Assembly: GCA_964517445.1 (NCBI GenBank) | Contig: CAZFCH010000001.1 | Coordinates: 2,474-66,473, forward strand | Origin: an uncultured Oscillospiraceae bacterium | GTDB lineage: Bacteria > Bacillota > Clostridia > Oscillospirales > Oscillospiraceae | Length of the DNA: 64,000 nt | Direction of reading: 5' to 3' | Shown: positions 28,582 to 37,746 of the stretch, piece after piece | Numbering within the stretch: the stretch's first letter is position 1 | Layout: every line of letters begins with the position of its first letter | The notes under the pieces: model-generated | What the model saw: the letters and a program-made list of their open reading frames with translations, nothing else | Told to the model about the DNA's origin: nothing | Databases searched by the model: none | Program-made: the position numbers and the translations under genes

Positions 28582-29630
28582 TACTTGAACTCGTTGAGTA
28601 TATCGTCAAGGTCAAATTCCGTGCTGTTCTTTGCAGGAGCGGCCGTCTGCGCCGGTTTCTGCTGGGCAGGTGCGCTCTGCTTGGCAGTCTGCTGAATCGG
28701 CTGGGCAGTCTGTGCCGTCTGGGCAGCCTGTGCCGCGGGACGCGTATTGCTCTGCGCGGGCTGAGCGGCGGAACGGGCTGTGTTCTGTGCCTCGGCCGCC
28801 GGACGGCGCTGCTGGGTCTGCTGTCTTGCCGGCGGAGTATACTTTGGCGCGTCGGCGCCCATGGCCTTTGCGGCGTAGCTGCTTGAGCGCTGGGTCTCTG
28901 CCTTGGCATTGGCCTTTTCCCACTCTGCAAACGGATCGGGCTGATCGGTTTGCTGTGCTTTCTGTACAGGAGCCTGAGCGGTGGGTCTGGGGCGGCTTTC
29001 GCGCTGTGCCTTATAGCGCTGCTCCTCCTCATACTCGGCCTGACGGTTCTTCTTTGCGTCACGGGGAGCGGCGTTCTTCTCCTTTTTCTTGCTCTTGATC
29101 TTGTCAATCAGACTCGGGCGCGGAGATTCATCCTCCTCGTCCTCTTCATCATCCTCAAACTCTTCGTCTTCAAGATCGTCATCCTCTGGCTTTTCAAAGA
29201 TCATGGCAAGAACGAACACAATGGCGAACACGGTTATGAACACATCAGCGACGTTGAAGATGGCGAAATTAAACAGCTCCACTTTGAACATATCCTGCAC
29301 ATAGCCGTAGATAACGCGGTCAATGCAGTTGGAGAGGCCGCCCGCGGTGACGAGCACAATGCTCCAGCGGGAAAGCTTACCGGAGATGAAGTTCGTTGCC
29401 AGCGCGATAATGACGAGCACAGTGAACACACCGGTGGCGATGATGAAATAGATGCGCGCGCCGCTGCCGCTCAGGAAGCTGAAGGCAGCCCCGTCATTAT
29501 GGACGTTCACAAGGCTTATGACGCCGGGGATGAATTTGACGATATCGGTGCCGAACAGGGTGTTCTGAACCCAGTACTTCACTGCCTGATCCAGAATGAT
29601 AACAAGCAGGCCGACTATTGAATACAGCAT
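28581..29630 (-). CDS. lspA: Signal peptidase II (lipoprotein signal peptidase) with a ~200-aa low-complexity C-terminal extension
   Basis: Residues 1-145 form a complete LspA core carrying both catalytic Asp motifs (SNCIDR, FNVADV). Residues 146-349 are an acidic, then Lys/Arg-, then Gln/Ala/Pro-rich tail ending EFDLDDILNEFK. The reading frame has no internal stop. Confidence 0.85.
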   Translation of the reverse strand: MLYSIVGLLVIILDQAVKYWVQNTLFGTDIVKFIPGVISLVNVHNDGAAFSFLSGSGARIYFIIATGVFTVLVIIALATNFISGKLSRWSIVLVTAGGLSNCIDRVIYGYVQDMFKVELFNFAIFNVADVFITVFAIVFVLAMIFEKPEDDDLEDEEFEDDEEDEEDESPRPSLIDKIKSKKKEKNAAPRDAKKNRQAEYEEEQRYKAQRESRPRPTAQAPVQKAQQTDQPDPFAEWEKANAKAETQRSSSYAAKAMGADAPKYTPPARQQTQQRRPAAEAQNTARSAAQPAQSNTRPAAQAAQTAQTAQPIQQTAKQSAPAQQKPAQTAAPAKNSTEFDLDDILNEFK

Positions 29631-29692
29631 ATTGATCTCCTATCTGCCGGGCAGAAGCGCCCGGCGCGTGGAATGGATGAAGTCAGTCAGGC

Positions 29693-32494
29693 TCAGAGCT
29701 TCGCCACAACTGTAGCGCAGCGGGGGCACAGGCCCGTCCCGTCCTGCGGAGTCTCAGAGTGCATCCAGCAGCGCGGGCACTTTGTGCCGGGCGCTTCGGT
29801 GACGGAGATCTCCAGACCCGGATTCTTGACGCCGGTACCGGTGACAGCGTCAGCGTCGGCTTCACCGTCCTCGGCAATGAGGCACTTGGAGACAATGAAG
29901 AGCTCGGAGAGATTCATGGAGCGAACCTCGTCCAGCGCTTCCTTCGCGCTCTCGTCCTTCACGCGCAGGGTGACAGCTGCCTCGAGAGGCTTGCCGATGC
30001 GCTTTGCGCCGCGGGCAGCTTCAAGTACACCGTTGACATCATCGCGCAGAGCAATGAGCTTATCCCAACGCGCCATCTCTTCATCGCTCAGAGCATAGTC
30101 CTCAAAGGGCTTGTTCATGATGTTGAAGAGAACGTTGCGCTTATCGTCGTCCTTGCGGTGCGGCATGGCCTGCCAGATCTCATCACATGTGAAGGCGAGA
30201 ATCGGGGCAAACATCTTGGTCATGCTGTCAAGGATCAGGTACAGAGCGGTCTGAGCGCTGCGGCGCTTGAGGCCGTTCTTCTCCTCACAATAGAGACGGT
30301 CCTTGATGATATCGAGATAGAAGCTTGAAAGCTCTACGACGCAGAAGTCATTGATTGCGTGAGAGACGGTGTGGAATTCATAATCGTCATAGCCGCCGGC
30401 GACCTCGCGCATCAGTTCGTTGAGCTTGGTAATAGCCCAGCGGTCAAGCGGAAGCATATCTTCGGGATCTACCAGATTGTCGGCATCGAAACCGTCGAGG
30501 TTGCCGAGGCAGTAACGCGCGGTGTTGCGGAACTTGAGGTAGTTCTGGCTGAGCTGCTTGAAGATGGTCTCGGAGCAGCGGACGTCGACATGATAATCGG
30601 CGGAGCCTGCCCAGAGGCGGACGATATCTGCGCCGAATTCCTTGACCATATCTGCCGGATCGACACCGTTGCCGAGAGATTTGTGCATCGCGCGGCCTTC
30701 GCCGTCAACAGTCCAGCCGTGGGTCAGGCACTCTTTATACGGTGCGCCCTTGCCCAATGCACCGACCGCGACGAGCAGAGAAGACTGGAACCAGCCGCGA
30801 TACTGGTCGCCGCCCTCAAGGTACATATCGGCCGGCCAGAAGCCCTGGTCGCGCTGCATGGAAGCATAGTGGGTAGAGCCGGAGTCAAACCAACCATCAA
30901 GGGTATCGGTCTCTTTGGTGAAGTGTGTGCCGCCGCAGTGCGGGCACTTGAAGCCGGCGGGCAGAATGTCTGCCGCTTCCTTCTCAAACCATGCGTTGGA
31001 GCCTTCCTTTTCAAACAGGCTCGCGACGGCCTCGATGCTCTCCTCGGTGCATACGGGCTTTTTGCAGTCCTCGCAGTAGAACACGGGGATGGGCAGACCC
31101 CAGCGGCGCTGACGGGAGATACACCAGTCCTTGCGCTCACGGATCATTGCGCCCATGCGGTCCTTGCCCCAAGCGGGGAGCCAACGGACGTTCTCGCAGG
31201 CTGCGATAGCCTCATCCTTAAAGGAATCGACAGAGCAGAACCACTGCGGGGTTGCGCGGAAGATGATGGGGCTCTTGCAGCGCCAGCAGTGCGGATAGCT
31301 GTGGACGATCTCCTCGGAAGCGAAGAGAGCGCCGCTTTCCTTCATATCATTAAGAATAATGGGGTTGGATTCATCGGTCTTGAGGCCGGCGTACTTGCCG
31401 GCATAATCGGTGTGGCGGCCCTGGTCGTCCACTGGAACGACCATCTCCATGCCGTAGCGCATGCAGGTCTGATAGTCATCAGCGCCAAAGCCGGGCGCGG
31501 TATGGACGCAGCCAGTACCGGAATCCATGGTGACGTAATCCGCCAGCACAAGACGTGAGGTCTTGGGCAAGAAAGGATGAGAGGCCAACATATCCTCGAA
31601 GAAACGGCCGGGGTGAGTCTCGATAATCTCATAGCTGTCAAAGCCGCCGATCTTCATTACCTTATCGGTCAGGGCTTCTGCCATGATATACATTTCGCCG
31701 TTAGGAGCCTTGACGATGGCATACTGCTCATCCGGGTGCAGGGCGATGGCAAGGTTGCCGGGGAGCGTCCAGATAGTCGTTGTCCAGATGACGAAGAAGA
31801 GCTTGCTCTTATCGATATTGGAGAGCTTGCCGTGGTCGTCGTTCATCGGGAACTTGACATAGACGGTCGTGCAGGGGTCATCCTGATACTCGATCTCGGC
31901 TTCGGCGAGAGCGGTCTCGTCCTTTGCGCACCAGTAGACAGGCTTGAGTCCCTTATAGATATGGCCATTGCGGTACATTTTGCCGAACACGCGGACTTCA
32001 TCAGCCTCGAAGCCCTTGTTCATGGTCTTGTAGGGATGCTCCCAATCACCGACAACGCCGAGACGCTTGAATCCTTCCATCTGGAGGCCGATGTACTTTT
32101 CGGCATAGTCATGGCAGGCGGAGCGGAAGTCCGCAACGCTCATGGCTTTATGGTTGAGCTTCTGCTCCTTGATGATGGCAGACTCGATGGGCATGCCGTG
32201 GTTGTCCCAGCCGGGGATATAGGGGGTATAGTAGCCGCGCATAGCGTAGGAACGGACGATAAAGTCCTTGAGTGCCTTGTTGAGCGCGTGGCCCATGTGA
32301 ATCCTGCCGTTGGAGAACGGAGGGCCATCATGCAGGGAAAAGCGAGGATGGCCTTCGTTCTTCTTGAGCATCTCGTTATAAATATCCTGCTCCTCCCAGC
32401 GCTTGAGCATCTCGGGTTCACGCTTGGGCAGACCCGCGCGCATGGGAAAATCAGTCTTCGGCAGATTAAGTGTGGCGTTAAAATCCTGTGACAT
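29693..32494 (-). CDS. ileS: Isoleucine--tRNA ligase (type 1, C-terminal zinc finger)
   Basis: 933 aa with PPFSNGRIHMGHALN (HIGH), KMHKSLGN (KMSKS) and a C-terminal CPRCW...CPRC motif. Confidence 0.97.
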   Translation of the reverse strand: MSQDFNATLNLPKTDFPMRAGLPKREPEMLKRWEEQDIYNEMLKKNEGHPRFSLHDGPPFSNGRIHMGHALNKALKDFIVRSYAMRGYYTPYIPGWDNHGMPIESAIIKEQKLNHKAMSVADFRSACHDYAEKYIGLQMEGFKRLGVVGDWEHPYKTMNKGFEADEVRVFGKMYRNGHIYKGLKPVYWCAKDETALAEAEIEYQDDPCTTVYVKFPMNDDHGKLSNIDKSKLFFVIWTTTIWTLPGNLAIALHPDEQYAIVKAPNGEMYIMAEALTDKVMKIGGFDSYEIIETHPGRFFEDMLASHPFLPKTSRLVLADYVTMDSGTGCVHTAPGFGADDYQTCMRYGMEMVVPVDDQGRHTDYAGKYAGLKTDESNPIILNDMKESGALFASEEIVHSYPHCWRCKSPIIFRATPQWFCSVDSFKDEAIAACENVRWLPAWGKDRMGAMIRERKDWCISRQRRWGLPIPVFYCEDCKKPVCTEESIEAVASLFEKEGSNAWFEKEAADILPAGFKCPHCGGTHFTKETDTLDGWFDSGSTHYASMQRDQGFWPADMYLEGGDQYRGWFQSSLLVAVGALGKGAPYKECLTHGWTVDGEGRAMHKSLGNGVDPADMVKEFGADIVRLWAGSADYHVDVRCSETIFKQLSQNYLKFRNTARYCLGNLDGFDADNLVDPEDMLPLDRWAITKLNELMREVAGGYDDYEFHTVSHAINDFCVVELSSFYLDIIKDRLYCEEKNGLKRRSAQTALYLILDSMTKMFAPILAFTCDEIWQAMPHRKDDDKRNVLFNIMNKPFEDYALSDEEMARWDKLIALRDDVNGVLEAARGAKRIGKPLEAAVTLRVKDESAKEALDEVRSMNLSELFIVSKCLIAEDGEADADAVTGTGVKNPGLEISVTEAPGTKCPRCWMHSETPQDGTGLCPRCATVVAKL

Positions 32495-32526
32495 AGCTGT
32501 ATTGTCTCCTGTCTATCTTCTTTATA

Positions 32527-32566
32527 GCAAAAAATCTAAGGGGGCGCGCGCAGTCGCGCTCGCCCC
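32527..32566 (-). terminator. Terminator/attenuator hairpin between divIVA and ileS
   Basis: On the minus strand, a GC-rich stem GGGGCGAGCGCG / CGCGCGCCCCC (with an internal mismatch) is followed by TTAGATTTTTTGC. Confidence 0.6.
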
Positions 32567-32586
32567 GCTGGAAAAGTCGGAAGAAA

Positions 32587-33234
32587 TCAAAGGGAAAAAG
32601 ACTGCGTGTTGTCAAGCTTGCGCTGACGAGCAGGCGCTGCGGGAGCCGTCTTCACCTGGGGGATGTCTATCTGTATTGACGGATCGGCCTGTATTCGCGA
32701 GGCACTGTTCTCAATGCTGCGCACGGTATCGTCTACCGAAGCGGCAGGCTTCGCTTCCGTCTCCTGCGGCAGAATGCCGTTTGCGACGGTGTCGATATTC
32801 TTAAGCTGAGTATTGCAGATGGCACGGGCAGCGTCGATGAACTTTGCGGTCGCAGCCTTTGCGGTCTCAAGGCGCTTCTCTTCAAAAGCGGTCTGATCCT
32901 GGATGCTGCCGACAGCAAGCTTGACCTGCTTTTCGGCGTCGGCGATCATAGCGGCGGCGCGGGTGCGGGCATCAGCCTCGATCTGCACAGCAAGCTTCTG
33001 CGCAGAGATAACGGCCATATTCAGTGCTTCCTCATTGGCGCGGTATTCCTCTATCTTATCAACAAGAACCTTCATCTTGCTCTTGAGGACGGAGTTCTCT
33101 TTCTGTGCGGCCGTAATATCATCGGCGATCTCCTCAAGGAAATTATCAACGGAGGCCATGTCATAGCCGCCTATGCGAGCTTTTTCAAAAGTCTTTTCAC
33201 GGATATCCTGTGCAGTGATCATGTTCTTATCCAC
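32587..33234 (-). CDS. divIVA: DivIVA-domain cell-division/polarity protein
   Basis: 215 aa. The N-terminal ITAQDIREKTFEKARIGGYDMASVDNFLEEI is the DivIVA lipid-binding domain, followed by a coiled coil. Confidence 0.88.
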   Translation of the reverse strand: MDKNMITAQDIREKTFEKARIGGYDMASVDNFLEEIADDITAAQKENSVLKSKMKVLVDKIEEYRANEEALNMAVISAQKLAVQIEADARTRAAAMIADAEKQVKLAVGSIQDQTAFEEKRLETAKAATAKFIDAARAICNTQLKNIDTVANGILPQETEAKPAASVDDTVRSIENSASRIQADPSIQIDIPQVKTAPAAPARQRKLDNTQSFSL

Positions 33235-33256
33235 CTTTCATCCATTCTATACTCTA

Positions 33257-33856
33257 TCAGAAATAGTTCCCCGTGCTCTCATTCTGGTCGTGCTGTGCAC
33301 CCAGAATGTCAACATTCTGCGGGGTGATAAAATAGGTCTTTGCCGAGACCGGGGTAATCTTGCCTTGCAGGGCAAAGGCAATGCCGGAAAGAAAGTCCAG
33401 CAATCTGCGCGCCATATCTCCCTGCACGCCCTCCAAGGTCATAACGACCGTCAGATTCTGATTGAGATAATTGACCAAATCACCGGCTTCATCGAAGCTC
33501 TTGGGGCTGAACAGAATGACCGATGTGTCCTTGCCGCCGAAATTCACTGTGCGCTCTCTCGGCGCCGTTCTCGGTCGAGCAGCCTTCTTTATGCCGAGGT
33601 TGCCGAATATCCCTCCGCCGCCAGATGGCGCATCCTGCGCCGCAGGCTTCTGCGTCGGGTCTTCCGCAGGAAGCGGCGTATCACCCGCAAAGGAACTTTC
33701 AAAAAACTTCTGTGCCTGACTCGCTGCCGGTTTCGACGCGGGCGTCTCGGTTTTTGCTTTAGGTTGGGGCTTGAAGCTTGGGTCTGCCCCCTCGAAGAAA
33801 TCCTCATCGTCGTCATACGGCTGGGTGAGTTCTTTTAACTTATCCATGAAACCCAT
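33257..33856 (-). CDS. sepF: Cell division protein SepF
   Basis: 199 aa with an N-terminal amphipathic MGFMDKLKEL, a disordered linker and a C-terminal SepF core (VILFSPKSFDEAGDLVNYLNQN...). Confidence 0.88.
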   Translation of the reverse strand: MGFMDKLKELTQPYDDDEDFFEGADPSFKPQPKAKTETPASKPAASQAQKFFESSFAGDTPLPAEDPTQKPAAQDAPSGGGGIFGNLGIKKAARPRTAPRERTVNFGGKDTSVILFSPKSFDEAGDLVNYLNQNLTVVMTLEGVQGDMARRLLDFLSGIAFALQGKITPVSAKTYFITPQNVDILGAQHDQNESTGNYF

Positions 33857-33895
33857 GGCAATCCTCCAATGAACAAATGCTCGGGCGAACTTTGG

Positions 33896-34603
33896 TCACG
33901 CCTTTTTCTCCGGGTACACACGCTGGCCGAAGATTGCCGTGCCGAGCCGGATCATGTTCGCTCCGCAGGAAATGGCAGCCTGATAATCGCCACTCATCCC
34001 CATAGACATAAAGTCCATAACTACATTATCGTATTTTTTTTCGCCATTGTCAATAAAAAGCTGCTGCACAAGATTAAAATACGGTAAATTTTCGTCCGGA
34101 AAGCGGCAAATTGGGGGTATCGCCATGAGTCCGCGCACCCTCAGTCCGGGAAAATCGCCTGCTTTTTCGAGAAGCTCCGGTAATTTTTCGGGCGCGACAC
34201 CGGATTTCGATGCCTCCTGAGCGACGTTTACCTCCAGCAGGATATCCTGCACGATGCCTTTTTTCTCCGCCTCGTGGCTTATCGCACCCATAAGCTCGAC
34301 GCTATCGACGCTGTGGATGAGTTGCACAACACCAACAATCTGCTTTACCTTGTTGCGCTGAAGATGGCCAATGAAGTGCAGCTGTGCTCCCTCATAGGCA
34401 CCGGCAGCATTTTTCTCCAGCAATTCCTGAACGCGGTTTTCGCCGCAGGCCGTGAGCCCGGCAGCGATTGCTTCGCGCACACGGGCGGCGTCGTTCATCT
34501 TGGTTGCGCCGATGAGCAGGATATCCCGCTCGTCCCGTCCGGCTTTCTGAGCCGCGCGCGTTATATTTTCTCTCACTTGAATGAGATTCTCTGCTATTGT
34601 CAT
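33896..34603 (-). CDS. yggS: YggS-family pyridoxal-phosphate homeostasis protein
   Basis: 235 aa. The alanine-racemase-N fold motifs LIGATKM, HFIGHLQRNK and LSMGMSGDY are present. Confidence 0.9.
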   Translation of the reverse strand: MTIAENLIQVRENITRAAQKAGRDERDILLIGATKMNDAARVREAIAAGLTACGENRVQELLEKNAAGAYEGAQLHFIGHLQRNKVKQIVGVVQLIHSVDSVELMGAISHEAEKKGIVQDILLEVNVAQEASKSGVAPEKLPELLEKAGDFPGLRVRGLMAIPPICRFPDENLPYFNLVQQLFIDNGEKKYDNVVMDFMSMGMSGDYQAAISCGANMIRLGTAIFGQRVYPEKKA

Positions 34604-34680
34604 TGTGTCAGCACCTTTCCCTCATATATGTCTTTTCCGGAAAGAATGACCCGCTCCGCCCTCGGTCAGGCGCAGTTCTG

Positions 34681-35661
34681 TTATATTGTACCGCATCCGT
34701 CAGACGGATGCTCGGCATTATGATACATGCGACTGTGTAAGAACTCTGTCGAAGCGCGACGGGCTTTTTCCATATCCGGGACTTTATCCCAGACGATACG
34801 CAGCGCATCCTGCCACCTGCCGAACCATGTAAGCTGACGCTTGGCGTAGCGGCGGCTGCTCTGCTTGATGAGGTCGAAGGCCTCGCGCTCGGTCGTTTTT
34901 CCTTCAAGGAAAGCGACGATCTCCTTATAGCCTATGGCCTGCATGGCGGTACACTCCGGTGAAAGTCCGGAGGCAAGAAGCCTCCTCACTTCATCGACAA
35001 GCCCTGCCTGTTCCATTTCGTCGACACGCGCGTCGATGCGCGCGTATAGGTCGGCGCGGTCGGCGTAATTTAGGACTATCCGCGCCGCGTCATAACGTTT
35101 TGGTCGCGCGGCGGTAATGCGGTCATGCTCGGTAATGGTCGTGCCGGTGAGCATATATATTTCTATCGCACGCACGATCCGCCGCTTGTCGCCGGGATGG
35201 AGCTTCGCGGCACGCTCGGGATCAACCTGTGCAAGACGCGTGAGCATCGCCTCTCCGCCGAGACTGTCGTACTCCGAGCCAAGCCTATCACGCAGAGCAT
35301 TGTCCGATGTGTTGTCGGCAAAATCCAGCCCGGAGATGAGCGAGTCTATATATAGCCCCGTGCCGCCGACGACTATCGGCAGCTTGCCGCAGGCGATGAT
35401 ATCATCGCAGCACCGCCCGGCTTCCTCGACGTAGCGTGCGACTGACCAGTTTTCGTCCGGTTCGGCGACATCGAGCATGTGATGAACGGCGGCGGCGCGC
35501 TCCTCGGCCGTTGCTTTGGCGGTGCCGATGTCCATGCGGCGGTATATTTGCATGGAGTCTGCTGAGACGATTTCTCCGTCAAGCTTGCGCGCGAGCTCTA
35601 TACCGAGGCGTGTTTTGCCGGAGGCCGTGGGACCCGCGACAACAACGATTCTGTTATCCAT
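34681..35661 (-). CDS. miaA: tRNA dimethylallyltransferase (i6A37)
   Basis: 326 aa with P-loop GPTASGKT and SADSMQIYRRMDIGTAK. Confidence 0.93.
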   Translation of the reverse strand: MDNRIVVVAGPTASGKTRLGIELARKLDGEIVSADSMQIYRRMDIGTAKATAEERAAAVHHMLDVAEPDENWSVARYVEEAGRCCDDIIACGKLPIVVGGTGLYIDSLISGLDFADNTSDNALRDRLGSEYDSLGGEAMLTRLAQVDPERAAKLHPGDKRRIVRAIEIYMLTGTTITEHDRITAARPKRYDAARIVLNYADRADLYARIDARVDEMEQAGLVDEVRRLLASGLSPECTAMQAIGYKEIVAFLEGKTTEREAFDLIKQSSRRYAKRQLTWFGRWQDALRIVWDKVPDMEKARRASTEFLHSRMYHNAEHPSDGCGTI

Positions 35662-35667
35662 ACGCCG

Positions 35668-37620
35668 TCACACTATGCGCTTAAAGAGCTTGTCAAGGTC
35701 TCGCCGCGTCACGGTGACGGATATCGGGCGCCCGTGCGGGCAGTATTTTATCTGCCCGGAGAGCACAGCGTCCACAAGCGTTTCAAGCTCCTTTGCGTCC
35801 GTGTCCCACCCTGCCTTGATAGCGGCCTTGCAGGCGATGGTGTGCAGAATCTCATCACGCGCAGAATCGGGGTCGGGCGTCTTACCGCCGTGCAGCTTTC
35901 CGCATATCTCCTCGACAGCGGCAGCAGCATCCGATGCGGCTATTCCGGCGGGGACGGCGCGGATGGCATAATCCCGCTCGCCGAAAGGCTCTATCTCAAA
36001 GCCGAATTCTGTGAGCAGCTCACCGTTCTCCTCAAGGACACGGCAGTCCTCGTCCGTCAAGCGGAGTGTCACGCTCTCAAGCAAGGTCTGCGACATATTG
36101 CGCGTGCCGCGCTGCTTCAGGCGGTCAAAGTTCATTCTCTCGTGCGCGGCGTGTTTATCTATGAGCACAAGTTCCGCGCCGACTTCAACAATGATATAGG
36201 CCTTGAGAGCCTCACCCACTATCTTGTGGTCGGGAATCGGCTGACTTTCAACATTTTGAACAGGTTTTTCCACAGTTTTGTCTGTGCTGTGGGCGGTTTC
36301 TTCAGGAATTTCAGTCGTTTCCGGTCGAATTTCTGCGATCGGTCGGCTGCTCGGCATATCAAGCCGGGTCTGGTATGGTATCTCATATGCGCTGAGCATC
36401 GACGTTGGGGCGGTGTCAACGGGCTTAGAAGCCGGTTTCGGCGTGTCCTTCACGGTATAGCCCTGCGCGCGGAACTGCTCTGAGCTCATGCTGCGGTAAA
36501 AGTCCTGCTTCGGCGTGGGAGCGGCGGTCTGCGTCTGCATCGGTGCAAAGGCCGCACGCACGGGTGCCGGAATCGCCGTAGGGGACGGAGACTTTTTCTC
36601 CGCAGTCACTTCGGCTGGGGCTTTTATCCTGTCCTCCCCCGTCAGGGCGGCAAGGGCAGCATGGTACACAACATCGAATACGCGCTTTTCCTGAGAGAAC
36701 TTGACCTCGGTCTTCGCCGGGTGAACGTTCACATCGACCCCGGCACAGCTGAGCTCAATATACATGACGCAGGCGGGATAGCGTCCGGTCAGCAGGCTGT
36801 TTTTATATGCCTGTTCGACCGCGGTCTGAAGCAGCGCAGAGCGGATATATCGGCCGTTGCAGTAGAAATACTGCGCGCTGCGGTTGCCGCGGCAGGCAGC
36901 AGGAGATGAGACAAAGCCGTGGACACGCAGCTCTCCGTCCTCGCAGGCGCAGGGCAGCATATCCTTTGCGATATCGCGTCCGAGCAGGGAGTACACTGCA
37001 GACTCGGCGCGCCCATCGCCGGGAGAGAAGAATTCCTCCTTCCCGTCGCGGATGAAGCGGACAGATATCTCGGGGCGGCCAAGAGCACAGCGCAGTGCCG
37101 TCTGCACGCAGGCTGAGGCCTCGCTGCGGTCGGACTTTAAGAACTTGAGCCGCGCGGGGGTGTTATAAAAAAGCCCTTTCACAGCCATGACGGTACCTTC
37201 CGGACAGCCGGCAGGCCCCATGTCCTGAATGTCCCCGGCAGTCAGGGTGACAAAAGTGCCCTCATCGTCGCCGCGGCGGCGGGTGGTAAGCTCCACCTCA
37301 GACACTGCGGAGATTGCCGCTAAAGCCTCACCGCGAAAGCCCATCGTGCCGATGGCTTCAAGTCCATGCTCGTCATGGAGCTTCGATGTGGCATGGCGCA
37401 GAAACGCGATGCCCGCATCCTCAGGAGCCATACCGCAGCCGTCATCCGTAACGCGGATGAGCGGCGCGCCGCCGCCCTTTATTTCGACGGTGACGGATTT
37501 TGCCCCGGCATCAAAGGAGTTTTCCATCAGCTCCTTGATGACGGAGGCCGGGCGCTCGACGACTTCGCCTGCAGCGATCATGTCGGCAACATGTGGAGAG
37601 AGTATATTTATAACGGCCAT
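35668..37620 (-). CDS. mutL: DNA mismatch repair protein MutL
   Basis: GHKL ATPase motifs (IAAGEVVERPASVIKELMENSFDAG) and a C-terminal dimerisation/endonuclease domain. I preferred the ATG at 37620, 9 nt after GAGGT, over the GTG at 37626. Confidence 0.95.
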   Translation of the reverse strand: MAVINILSPHVADMIAAGEVVERPASVIKELMENSFDAGAKSVTVEIKGGGAPLIRVTDDGCGMAPEDAGIAFLRHATSKLHDEHGLEAIGTMGFRGEALAAISAVSEVELTTRRRGDDEGTFVTLTAGDIQDMGPAGCPEGTVMAVKGLFYNTPARLKFLKSDRSEASACVQTALRCALGRPEISVRFIRDGKEEFFSPGDGRAESAVYSLLGRDIAKDMLPCACEDGELRVHGFVSSPAACRGNRSAQYFYCNGRYIRSALLQTAVEQAYKNSLLTGRYPACVMYIELSCAGVDVNVHPAKTEVKFSQEKRVFDVVYHAALAALTGEDRIKAPAEVTAEKKSPSPTAIPAPVRAAFAPMQTQTAAPTPKQDFYRSMSSEQFRAQGYTVKDTPKPASKPVDTAPTSMLSAYEIPYQTRLDMPSSRPIAEIRPETTEIPEETAHSTDKTVEKPVQNVESQPIPDHKIVGEALKAYIIVEVGAELVLIDKHAAHERMNFDRLKQRGTRNMSQTLLESVTLRLTDEDCRVLEENGELLTEFGFEIEPFGERDYAIRAVPAGIAASDAAAAVEEICGKLHGGKTPDPDSARDEILHTIACKAAIKAGWDTDAKELETLVDAVLSGQIKYCPHGRPISVTVTRRDLDKLFKRIV

Positions 37621-37746
37621 GAACACTTAACCTCGTATGACTATCTTTCAATTAGTGAACTATTATACATTATTTCAGTTGAAAGTTCCACTCCTTTTAT
37701 GTTAAAATTAAATGCTAATCAGATTAGGCTTTACAGGAGATTAACC

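Noticed and set aside
28620-28800. A repetitive DNA motif (CTGGGCAGTCTGTGCCGT-like, CAG/GCC-rich) that superficially resembles a short repeat array.
   Set aside because: The motif lies in-frame within the lspA tail and simply encodes the AQTAQ/AAQ low-complexity peptide. It has no spacer-repeat periodicity, so it is not CRISPR-like.
28550-29107. A 185-aa alternative-frame ORF (and the 28612-28923 and 28631-29098 ORFs) inside the lspA tail region. This raised the possibility that the tail is a separate or frameshifted gene.
   Set aside because: The alternative frames encode Arg/Pro/Ser-rich nonsense-like sequence. The lspA frame is continuous from the catalytic core, and its stop overlaps the rluD start (TAATG), which fits genuine operon architecture. 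A sequencing frameshift cannot be excluded without reads, so the fusion is reported as a finding rather than split.
37366-37746. N-terminal extensions of ORF-track entries: miaB from 37366, the transketolase C-subunit from 53460, hprK from 8105, the phosphoesterase from 9733, dctP from 57134 and trmO from 42433.
   Set aside because: The extensions overlap neighbouring genes or lack an SD. Internal ATG codons give canonical family N-termini with well-spaced SD sequences.
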